From positions 32,001 through 96,000 of the IMG/VR virus record IMGVR_UViG_3300020577_007233: a stretch of 64,000 nucleotides of DNA. One strand, given 5' to 3'. The stretch is from a virus (taxonomy: Duplodnaviria; Heunggongvirae; Uroviricota; Caudoviricetes). Position numbers and translations under genes: made by a program. A model generated the notes under the pieces. The model worked only from the letters and a program-made list of their open reading frames with translations. It was not told the origin of the DNA and ran no database searches. Positions 55,780 to 64,000 of this stretch are shown in pieces. Each line of letters starts with the position of its first letter. Within the stretch, counting starts at the first letter, position 1.

Positions 55780-57341
55780 ACTTGTACCTCTGTAAAGGTG
55801 TCTCCGTCATATACGAACAACTTTTTTGCGTTTCTGGGTACAATATACAACAACGAGTTGTCTGAATAAAGTCGCATGAACTGGAAGCTGAATGAACGAA
55901 CAAAGCTAAGAGTTGACTCATCGTAAGAGTAAAGATTCCCGTTCTTGCAGCCCAAGAAAAGCTTGTTTTCATACTGATACATCGTCGTTATTTCAGAGTC
56001 AACTTCGCTCAAGCTAAAAGCTTCTTCCAAAACAAAGCCCGTCCATCTATATACCAATGCGGTTGAATCCGATGTCTTGACTGAAATGTAAAGAGTATCA
56101 CCAAAGAAGGTAATACAGTTTATCTGTTCATTGACGTAGGTAATAAATGAGTTGATTGGATTAAGTCTATAGATGGCTGGCTGTTCTCCATTTTTAGCAA
56201 GCCAAACAACGTTCATACCTTTTTGAACAGCAATATCCGAAACGTCTTCATTATTTACATCGAACAAGACTCTAAACGATTTTGTTGCTTGAGACGTTCT
56301 GTTAGCTCCGTAGTCTTGAAATTTAACCTTGAGCGTTTTTACTCCGTCATCTTCGGTAAGCTTCCAAAACTTAACGTTTGCAAAAGACTCTGGCGCGCCA
56401 ACAATATCAGTATCCGCTGATTCAATGAACTGCATTGAGTGAACTCCTGTAATCTCATCGTAAGAATAAAGACGTACCGAAACGTTCTCGTCCCTTGTAA
56501 ACTGATCTGCGTTATTTATCTGTACATATCCTGTTGGTGGTTTAGTATCAATCAAGAAAAAGCCTTCCTGTATGATAGAAACATCTCGTATGTTTACTTC
56601 TTCTGACTTATTGCCATCATCGTCAGCTAAATAAACAGTAATAACGTAATCGTCAGATGGAGGAATAAGAGTAGTATCCCACACTAAAGGACCGCTTCCT
56701 ACGGGGATTTTTTGAGCCACCGGAGTAAATGGAACAGAAGCCTTTACGGAACTGAAGTAGATGTAATACTTTGCTCTTTGCGCAAAACTATTCAAAACAG
56801 ACGTATCATCAAAAACGAATTTGATGCTTGTTCCATACCTCTGTCCAGGAACAGGAGAAAGTACCGCTGGCGTAACAGGTAATGACTTGAGAACTGTAAA
56901 AGACGCCGCAGAAACAGAAAGATCGCTTCTTTCGCCTCTACTATTTACCGCCCTAACTCCAACCCTAACATTGTTACTTTTGACGCTATTGCCAACTCTC
57001 CATAGATACTTACCAACTCCTGTTGGCACGGAAGCAATCATCTTCCAATCAGGCTCCGTCATATAGTCATAGTTCTCTGTAAAGTAAACCTCATACCATA
57101 CTTCAAGATTATCCGCAGAAGGAGGCTTGGGTTCTTTCCAGGATATTTCGATTTCCCTTGTCAGTATATTCTCTCCGCCATTTGGATAGACAAGAGTTGG
57201 TCTATTTATGGCGTTTTGAGGGCCAGAGGTTAAAAGAGTTGGAATTGTTGGTTGCGTAGGCGGAGTTACAATTCGCCAATCAAAAAAGAGATTGAATTCA
57301 TCAGGGATGGACCAGCTATATGAAACAGAAACTGAACTCAT
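55776..57341 (-). CDS. putative virion protein with FN3/Ig-like domains and a C-terminal propeller fragment
   Basis: YPNGGE...ISW...VRAVNSRG..S; DTKPPTG.V.IN; DGVKTL.VKF.D..N. Confidence 0.7.
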   Translation of the reverse strand: MSSVSVSYSWSIPDEFNLFFDWRIVTPPTQPTIPTLLTSGPQNAINRPTLVYPNGGENILTREIEISWKEPKPPSADNLEVWYEVYFTENYDYMTEPDWKMIASVPTGVGKYLWRVGNSVKSNNVRVGVRAVNSRGERSDLSVSAASFTVLKSLPVTPAVLSPVPGQRYGTSIKFVFDDTSVLNSFAQRAKYYIYFSSVKASVPFTPVAQKIPVGSGPLVWDTTLIPPSDDYVITVYLADDDGNKSEEVNIRDVSIIQEGFFLIDTKPPTGYVQINNADQFTRDENVSVRLYSYDEITGVHSMQFIESADTDIVGAPESFANVKFWKLTEDDGVKTLKVKFQDYGANRTSQATKSFRVLFDVNNEDVSDIAVQKGMNVVWLAKNGEQPAIYRLNPINSFITYVNEQINCITFFGDTLYISVKTSDSTALVYRWTGFVLEEAFSLSEVDSEITTMYQYENKLFLGCKNGNLYSYDESTLSFVRSFSFQFMRLYSDNSLLYIVPRNAKKLFVYDGDTFTEVQV

Positions 57342-58909
57342 GATGGAACGCTTCCTTCGCTATAGTTGATCGTGAAAATTCCGTCCTTCAAACCAACAGT
57401 TAGCGTATCAAACAACACAGTAACAACTAAGGAGTTGGAACCATTTGGGGCCAAGGCAAACGGAAGAGAATAAGTTCCAACAATAGAAAGATCTTCGCTC
57501 GCTGTCAAAGAATCAATCATTAGGTTCTTATATACTCCGTCGTTCCTTAATGTATACGATTTAGTGTAAGACTTACCCTTGTCAATAGAGCCAACATCAA
57601 AATCTTCACCATCAATAAGTTCGCTGTTGTCTGAAGAAAATGTCAAACTCGTATGCGGTAAAACAGAATATGTTAGAGTAAAAACAAACGGATTATTTAG
57701 GGAATCGTTAGAAGAAACGCTAACTGTAATTGACTTGTTGCCCAAAGTAGAAGTAATAGTGCTTAGATTCAAAGTTGCATAATTCGATGCTGATATACTA
57801 GCTCCTGCAACAAGGGTTGTACCTGCGCCTACCGTTGCATCTCCAGAAACTGTTACACCATTGATAGTAAGAGCAGTTTGCCCCTGATTATAGAACAAAA
57901 TACTCACTGTTCTTGCTATTTCAAGAGGAGCAGAAGCTATTGCAAACGATTTGTTTTTGATTATTTGCGTTGATCCATAAAAAGGAACAATCACAGGGGG
58001 ATTGACTTCGTTCGGAGCGTCAACCTTGAAACTCATATACAAGAAAAATGTAGCGGCGTTTACTGCGTTACTAGATATTTTCAATCTTTGCGCGTCAAAA
58101 GCACCTTGAGCGGTGGTGTCTAGCGTTACTATTAGCTCTTCTTTTTTAGTTGGAGATATAGACGTAGGAAACGAAGCAAAACTTATTTCCTTTATGCCAG
58201 CATCCGAAATTTCTATGCTGTCAATAACTAAATCATCTGAACCGTTGTTCTCTATGAAAAAAGATACCTGAGTTGATTCGTTCTGCACAAAAGAACCCAA
58301 ATCAACAGAAACTGAGTCTTCAACTGGACTGTCGTTGTAGGTTACTGTTATAGTTGGACCAGAAACTTCAGCAACCTCTATAACTTGAAGTATCTCGTAA
58401 ACATAGATCTTCTGCGAGACAACCATATTCGAAGCGCTGAAATTAAATCTTGCAAAGAGAGAGGTCGCTGCCAGCAATTCGCTTCTAGAAGGAACTCCGG
58501 TGGTTAGGTCAAAAGTAATTTCCGCTGTCTTGAAACCAGAATCAGAAGGCGAATATGTTGATGTCTTGTATTTTGGCACAAGAGTTTGTACTGAACTGTC
58601 TAGAGCCAAAGAAAGATGTGCAGAAATTGAACCATTTGTATTTGGAGATTCAATTTTGAACCTAATGTAATAGGTAATACTATTGACTTCATAGTTCTCG
58701 TATAAGTTCAAGAAAGTAGTTCTGTCTGAGTCTTCAAACTTACATACAAATAAGTCTGTTGTGTAATTCTTATCAGGAGATGAGACGTAAGAAAACTTGA
58801 CGTTAGTTGGATTAGCGCCTACAATCTGTGCTTGATCTATCCAAACACCACCACCACCCGCCGAAATAGATGACGGTTGTAATAGATAGTTTTCTAGAAT
58901 TGTTGCCAT
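57338..58909 (-). CDS. protein with tandem ASH/choice-of-anchor-D-like Ig domains
   Basis: Three repeats of LGS...F.I.N.G...L.I...SN....F. Confidence 0.7.
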   Translation of the reverse strand: MATILENYLLQPSSISAGGGGVWIDQAQIVGANPTNVKFSYVSSPDKNYTTDLFVCKFEDSDRTTFLNLYENYEVNSITYYIRFKIESPNTNGSISAHLSLALDSSVQTLVPKYKTSTYSPSDSGFKTAEITFDLTTGVPSRSELLAATSLFARFNFSASNMVVSQKIYVYEILQVIEVAEVSGPTITVTYNDSPVEDSVSVDLGSFVQNESTQVSFFIENNGSDDLVIDSIEISDAGIKEISFASFPTSISPTKKEELIVTLDTTAQGAFDAQRLKISSNAVNAATFFLYMSFKVDAPNEVNPPVIVPFYGSTQIIKNKSFAIASAPLEIARTVSILFYNQGQTALTINGVTVSGDATVGAGTTLVAGASISASNYATLNLSTITSTLGNKSITVSVSSNDSLNNPFVFTLTYSVLPHTSLTFSSDNSELIDGEDFDVGSIDKGKSYTKSYTLRNDGVYKNLMIDSLTASEDLSIVGTYSLPFALAPNGSNSLVVTVLFDTLTVGLKDGIFTINYSEGSVPS

Positions 58910-58918
58910 TACTTATCC

Positions 58919-60037
58919 TTAAGCTGAAACTTCCCACTGTATTCTGAGCGATGCGTTTTTTCTACCAAGAGTAGCCGAACCAAATCTTGCAACAAACTCA
59001 ACAATGTTTCTTTCATTAGGTTGCAAGACATAAGGAAGAGATGGAACTCCTATCAAAGACACTTCCCCATCAGAAGATATGCTCAAAAGCCTAATACCAT
59101 AAGAAATGCCTCTGTTGCTTACGCTTATATTTCTGTTTATGATGGTTCGCTTGTTAAAAGACCCAAGATTAACCGTTTCATCTTCTGCAACCTCTTCAGA
59201 AGACTCTTGAACAATTAAATCAAAAGCCTTGGCAACTGTATATGTGATGGTAAAAATAAACGGGTTTTCATCAGAGTCATTAGAAGTTATAGTAACAATT
59301 ACGGACTTGTTTCCAAGATCTGCTGTATCCAGTCTAATAGCAAAAGATGTTGATGCGTTAAATCCCAAGGTTACGCTACTGGAAGCTGTAGGGTCAGTGG
59401 TAAGCAATTCATTACCTGTAATCAAGGTAAGATCTATGCCGTTTTGAGAAATGATCAAGTTAGGAGTTGCATAGTTGAAAATGCTGAATGATATATCAGT
59501 AATGCCTTCTTTAGGATAAGAACCCAAAGAAACAACAGAGTCATTTTGGACTTGAGAACCATTATATACAACAGCAATATCGGGAACCAAAGTAGAGGGA
59601 GACGTTACTGTAAAGAAAAAGGTATGATTATGCTTGGGAGTAGAATCATCACTTGATAGAACTGAGACTTCAAAACTCTTATTACCGACTACTGTAGTGT
59701 CAAACTTAACTGTAAATGATATACCACTAGAACCTTGAACTATATTCAAAGCTCCTGAGCTAGAGGGGTTTGAGTTTATTACAGCAGAACCGCCAGTCTC
59801 GATACTAATACCGTTTTGAGGTATAGTTAATACGCTACCAGTATCTCCTACGTTTTTGACGTAAAGAGTAATAGATGTGTCTGTATTCTGAACAAATGAG
59901 CCAACAGAATGAAAGCCTCCATCTGTAAGAATTTCTCCGCTTGCAGAGTTAAGTCTTACCTCTATTCGAGGAAACAATGGATTATCTGGCTCAATTGGCC
60001 CCTCTACTGACTGATTTGGTGGATCTGTTATTGGCAT
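58919..60037 (-). CDS. protein with three ASH/choice-of-anchor-D-like Ig domains
   Basis: Repeats (V/L)GS(F/Y)...KN.G...; ITSNDSDENPF; strong GGGGGAG upstream of ATG. Confidence 0.72.
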   Translation of the reverse strand: MPITDPPNQSVEGPIEPDNPLFPRIEVRLNSASGEILTDGGFHSVGSFVQNTDTSITLYVKNVGDTGSVLTIPQNGISIETGGSAVINSNPSSSGALNIVQGSSGISFTVKFDTTVVGNKSFEVSVLSSDDSTPKHNHTFFFTVTSPSTLVPDIAVVYNGSQVQNDSVVSLGSYPKEGITDISFSIFNYATPNLIISQNGIDLTLITGNELLTTDPTASSSVTLGFNASTSFAIRLDTADLGNKSVIVTITSNDSDENPFIFTITYTVAKAFDLIVQESSEEVAEDETVNLGSFNKRTIINRNISVSNRGISYGIRLLSISSDGEVSLIGVPSLPYVLQPNERNIVEFVARFGSATLGRKNASLRIQWEVSA

Positions 60038-60060
60038 TCAATCTCCCCCTTTACACTAAC

Positions 60061-63000
60061 TTAGCCGCCGCTATTTTCCGATGTACCGCCTCCATTACCT
60101 CCATTACCTCCATTACCTCCATTACCTCCATTACCTCCATTACCTCCATTACCTCCATTACCTCCATTACCCGAACCATTATCACCTGAGCTAGTTGTTT
60201 TTCCAACAGGCCCCGGACCTGCCCCAATCCATACAGGAGAATTATCGGAAATTGAAGATGCTCCGAACTTCTTAACCTTGTAGTAGTTTGGATTTCCAAA
60301 CGAACCTTTTGTATCGTCAGCCGTGTACTGATCTCTGAATAAAGTAAAATCATTGAAAACCGAAACTTGCTGATCAAGTGTTCTTGTTGTTTCAAGTGCT
60401 TCTGCTCTTTGTGAAAGTTCCGAGAAAGAAACCTTCTTGCATTGGCCAGGAACGTCAACAACAATAATAGCAAGACCATCAACGTTTACAACACCATCAT
60501 CCGCTTCAACAGTAAATGAGCCTCTATAGATGCCGTCTGATATTCTTTCGAGAGGCAAAGATAGTTGATCGTTAATTCCTTGCTGATAAACACTCATTGT
60601 TACAGGATCAAGATAGTTGAACCTTGAAACAGTTTGAAGCTTTTCAATAAGCGTTATCTTTCTCTTGTCCTTAAACTCGATTCTTGCATAAATAGTTGAT
60701 ACTTGCGAAGGCGTTTCCTTTATCGAGGTTAGATTTGTGTCATCAATGACTGTTTCGGTTTTGTATTCGCTTACAACCATGTAGTTCTTGTATTTAGGAA
60801 CAGGCTGCGTGAAATCACTATCAAAGTACAAATCAACTTTGTACTCAAGATTATCATAGATAGCCATGAAGTCTACACAGAACGTACTTGTTTTGCCAAA
60901 GAATGTCAAAACCTCACAACAAACCCTCTTAAGTCCGTTTCCAGGAGAAGCAACCCAAGGAGCAACGAAAACGTCTCTCTGGGTAAAGTACCCTCTAAAG
61001 AAGTCCCTTTCTTGTTCAGTAGATGCTTTGTCTGTTTGTGTTTGAACCGGAAGGTTTGGACCTATTGGGAGCCACTCAGACCATTCTTCATCGTTTTCAT
61101 TTCTCAAACGATATGCGTAAGTTCCAGGAACGCCTATGATGTTAAACTCAAGAAAACAGTCATTAACAACAGGAACGGGTTTACGCAAATCGAGGTATGT
61201 AGAAAAGGCGACATATTTTTCCGAAACTCTTATCTTTTGATACTGTTCGGTCGTTCTTTCGGGATCGCCTCCCATAACAAAGAATGTCGAATCCGTCTCA
61301 TCAGTAAACATGCATGGTAAAACAAGATCGGTGTTCTGAGCCGTAAACTTACATCCCAAAGAACAAGTCTGAGAATAGATCTTAGAACCATCATGCATAG
61401 CAAGGTTCAAATTTTGGAAAGGATCTACAAAGATAGAAACATTGTAAAGAACCAATCCGCTTGTACTAAAGTTTGTAACTCTACGGTCATACCCACCTTG
61501 TCCAGAACAAATAAACTCATCTGTTTCTGAGTTATACATACCCATAAAACAATCAGGAGACAAAGGCAACTGATTGCTTTGTATTCTTGAGTACCTTAAG
61601 TCTCTCCAAACAATATAGAACAAATCAAAACTCGTTGTTGCAACCCTAGGAGATAGGCATTGATTATCCGTAAGAGATATTCTGTAGTCCTCAAAGCCTT
61701 GTCCGCTACAAATCCAAGTTAGAGAATCGGTTTCTTTATTCCATGTTTCCGACTTTGTTTCGCTACAAGGACAGGTAAAAGAGAACTCGTTTTCAACAAA
61801 GAAAACTCCATCTCTATAACTTTCAACTACAGCATGATATGTAGCGCCGCAAAGAAGAGGCTGTCTTACTATTGAGCTTGAAAATGTGTGCGAGTTCTGA
61901 GATTCGTACAACTCAAAAGGAACAACTTCAGGTGTATAAACCGCATTTATTGACTGTCCTGGTTCAACAACAAGACCGCTTACAGGGAAAACGGAAGATC
62001 CAGAGATCCAGTTAAGAGTATCGCTTCTTGTAAACGAAGACATTATTGAATGAGTCTTTTCGGCATCAGCATAGAAAGTTACTCTAAAATGAACAGTCTT
62101 ATTTAGGCTTGTATTATTGACAAACTTGCAACTAATATCGCATCGTTCGCTCTGCTTTGTTGGGCAGTAATAAACGAACTCAGTTTGATCGACAATCTCT
62201 GCATTATCAGCAAGAACGACTCTAACTTCGTCCATAGAGGGATTTACAAATGATGTTATGGTCAAAGTCTTTCTGTCTGAAGATATTCGTATTGTATCAA
62301 ACGACTCTAGGCCTATTACGCTGAAGTTTGGATATGTAACTCCTGGAGCAGCAAAATAGTTATTGCCAGCGACCACACCGGCAGCCGTTGGGAAAATAGC
62401 AATGATCGGAGAAGTAAACTTAATAACCGAAGTAACAGAACCGCTTGTCCCAATAGGATCAAAGTGCAAAAGAACAGTCTTTATCTTGTCGCCTTTTTCG
62501 AATCCAGGAAGCTCCTTAAGGGGTGAATCAAAAGTCAACCCAGTAAACAACCCAGAGTTTGAGTTTATGTAGCTGGCCGTTTGAGGTGATGTTGCAACAG
62601 GAGCAAGATCATCAAACTCGACCATAGCCCTAAACAAGGAATCCTCAGTTCTGCTAATACCCAAATTCAACCCATTATACGGTTGAAGCATTTTGATGTT
62701 TACAGAATTGCTAAAATCAACAGGAATGGAATTGACTTCGAATTCAACAACAATGTAGACAACCTTACCTGAAATATCATCATCATACGATGGCAAATAG
62801 CTAATGTTATAAACAGTAGAAGCTGTTGCAGTTAGACCGTTATATTCCAACTGTTCATCATTTACCTTCCACCCGTCTATGCTTGTCTTAGATGATATTG
62901 TCTTCAGCGGTATGGTTCTTTCTCTGTCTTCGTAAAACAAAAGATTGAAATGATATAAGTCTGATGTGGGCGCAGTGAATGAAAACTCTATGGCGCAATT

Positions 63001-64000
63001 TAGTTGCGACATCGGATCAAGATTAGGATCAAGGTATGGGTCTATAGCCTTATTCCAGTTATAGATAAACTCATCAACCTCATCTTGTTTGCAATTATCA
63101 AGAAGCTTATTATCAACAGCCTTAGAAAGAGCGGCATAGATTTGGTTTTGTCCATTTCTGTTGTCTTGCCATGCGATAAGTCTTCTACCCTTACAATCAA
63201 CGGCTATGCATGGATTTACACTTACGCTCTCAGAATTTGTAATGCGAATGTCATGTCTAAATGGTTCATTTCTACTTCTGAAACCAGAATAGTAAATGTC
63301 CCAGAATTGGTTACGGTTGGACTGCCAAGCCAAGTGAACTTTATCTATCTTGTCCAAAATGATATCTGGAACCTTGTTTTGATAATCAAGCGAAACAGTA
63401 ACAGGAAGCTGCGTAAAATCGTCAACAGCATTTAGGCTGTAATTGAGTTCAAACTCATCTTGATCAACCATCAATGATTCAGCCGTAGTAAACGAATGTA
63501 GTTCGTCATTAAGGTCGTCTTCTGAAATAACGATTATCTTATCTATCTGCGGACCATATTGTATGTCTTTAACTGTTCCAAACTGCGTAGATGAGTTTTC
63601 AAACTTCAAGGCCGTTGAAGAAGAAATAGCTGTAAAGGACATGGTTCTTGTTTTCCAGTTTGGTCTTTCAAGAGCGGCACCAGTACGAGTATTTATTGAA
63701 AAATTGGCAATAGTTGGACCGGCAGTTACTTTGACCTTCTTAGTAATAGATGTTCCTTGAAGATAGCTGTCAACATGATTAGATATATCAAAGAAAACAT
63801 AATAAGTCTTACCCGGAACCGTTGTAATCGTTGTTGTAACGTATCCCTTGAGTATAGACAAGCCAGACTGCAACCCTGTTAGTTCCATCCAGCTAGAAAC
63901 AGTGCTATCAGCGCTTATGCTTCTTCTGTAAACAGAACCGTAACCAACAGTCCAGTCAGTAACACCCTGATAACCGTCAAACATTTCCGTAGCATCTGCA
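60061..64000 (-). CDS. large putative virion protein, 5'-truncated by the window edge; DUF642-like galactose-binding domain, BNR-like repeats, (NGG)9 tail
   Basis: Frame stays open past the Met at 63984 to the window end (..ADATEMFDG); TVPGKTY.V.FD...FTA.SSST.L.F...YGP.ID; WQDNRNG..QIY. Confidence 0.75.
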   Translation of the reverse strand, partial: ADATEMFDGYQGVTDWTVGYGSVYRRSISADSTVSSWMELTGLQSGLSILKGYVTTTITTVPGKTYYVFFDISNHVDSYLQGTSITKKVKVTAGPTIANFSINTRTGAALERPNWKTRTMSFTAISSSTALKFENSSTQFGTVKDIQYGPQIDKIIVISEDDLNDELHSFTTAESLMVDQDEFELNYSLNAVDDFTQLPVTVSLDYQNKVPDIILDKIDKVHLAWQSNRNQFWDIYYSGFRSRNEPFRHDIRITNSESVSVNPCIAVDCKGRRLIAWQDNRNGQNQIYAALSKAVDNKLLDNCKQDEVDEFIYNWNKAIDPYLDPNLDPMSQLNCAIEFSFTAPTSDLYHFNLLFYEDRERTIPLKTISSKTSIDGWKVNDEQLEYNGLTATASTVYNISYLPSYDDDISGKVVYIVVEFEVNSIPVDFSNSVNIKMLQPYNGLNLGISRTEDSLFRAMVEFDDLAPVATSPQTASYINSNSGLFTGLTFDSPLKELPGFEKGDKIKTVLLHFDPIGTSGSVTSVIKFTSPIIAIFPTAAGVVAGNNYFAAPGVTYPNFSVIGLESFDTIRISSDRKTLTITSFVNPSMDEVRVVLADNAEIVDQTEFVYYCPTKQSERCDISCKFVNNTSLNKTVHFRVTFYADAEKTHSIMSSFTRSDTLNWISGSSVFPVSGLVVEPGQSINAVYTPEVVPFELYESQNSHTFSSSIVRQPLLCGATYHAVVESYRDGVFFVENEFSFTCPCSETKSETWNKETDSLTWICSGQGFEDYRISLTDNQCLSPRVATTSFDLFYIVWRDLRYSRIQSNQLPLSPDCFMGMYNSETDEFICSGQGGYDRRVTNFSTSGLVLYNVSIFVDPFQNLNLAMHDGSKIYSQTCSLGCKFTAQNTDLVLPCMFTDETDSTFFVMGGDPERTTEQYQKIRVSEKYVAFSTYLDLRKPVPVVNDCFLEFNIIGVPGTYAYRLRNENDEEWSEWLPIGPNLPVQTQTDKASTEQERDFFRGYFTQRDVFVAPWVASPGNGLKRVCCEVLTFFGKTSTFCVDFMAIYDNLEYKVDLYFDSDFTQPVPKYKNYMVVSEYKTETVIDDTNLTSIKETPSQVSTIYARIEFKDKRKITLIEKLQTVSRFNYLDPVTMSVYQQGINDQLSLPLERISDGIYRGSFTVEADDGVVNVDGLAIIVVDVPGQCKKVSFSELSQRAEALETTRTLDQQVSVFNDFTLFRDQYTADDTKGSFGNPNYYKVKKFGASSISDNSPVWIGAGPGPVGKTTSSGDNGSGNGGNGGNGGNGGNGGNGGNGGNGGNGGGTSENSGG
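60089..60169. repeat. perfect 9-bp tandem repeat (CCTCCATTA)x9 encoding (Asn-Gly-Gly)9
   Basis: Counted directly in the sequence; in frame near the 3' end of the 60061 CDS. Confidence 0.97.

Noticed and set aside
60089-60169. CRISPR array
   Set aside because: Contiguous 9-bp units with no spacers, in frame within a CDS; no cas genes.
59977-60482. ORFs with (MEV)n and (ITS)n repeats (60051..60482 minus, 59977..60189 plus)
   Set aside because: Alternative-frame readings of the same 9-bp repeat inside the long CDS.
1110-63760. Numerous short plus-strand and nested minus-strand ORFs in the track
   Set aside because: All are shadows of long, motif-bearing minus-strand genes and have no recognisable domains.
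1-64000. Stop-codon reassignment as seen in some huge phages
   Set aside because: Genes up to about 9.8 kb are open in the standard code; TAA, TGA and TAG all end genes at sensible junctions; reading through the TAG at 38938 hits TAA within five codons.
1-64000. Bacterial chromosome origin (dnaE, infC, dnaB, glycosyltransferases)
   Set aside because: infC lacks its usual thrS/rpmI/rplT context, the replication genes are divergent or fragmented, and single-strand dense packing with many orphans fits a large phage. No capsid or terminase gene is in the window, so the phage call remains an inference.

Overview
The window looks like part of a jumbo/huge tailed bacteriophage genome. About 45 real genes all lie on the minus strand, packed almost without gaps, and read in the standard genetic code. 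The left 26 kb holds replication, modification and host-takeover genes. These include a DnaE-type DNA polymerase split into two separate genes without inteins, with five genes between the halves: a PD-(D/E)xK nuclease, a Dam-like methyltransferase, a mini MazG/HisE-like pyrophosphatase and two paralogous minimal class II aminoacyl-tRNA-synthetase-like proteins, one apparently inactivated. The same region has three more DNA methyltransferases, a stand-alone primase zinc finger, DnaB, a DnaC-like loader, an intein-containing Ycf46-like AAA+ ATPase, translation factor IF-3, an SF2 helicase, a metallophosphoesterase and three glycosyltransferases. The right 38 kb encodes very large, probably virion-surface proteins built from vWA, LamG, FN3, Kelch, Ig-like, beta-propeller, ASH and glycoside-hydrolase-like modules. 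One of these is a 3,263-aa protein whose single vWA domain appears interrupted by about 2,070 aa of other domains. The best candidates for an undescribed system are (1) the aaRS-like ligase/pseudo-ligase plus MazG-like cassette inside the fragmented dnaE, (2) the intein-free two-chain DnaE with a composite active site, and (3) the giant surface-protein cluster coupled to glycosyltransferases. Domain calls come from motif recognition by eye; no database searches were run. No tRNA, rRNA or CRISPR array was seen.
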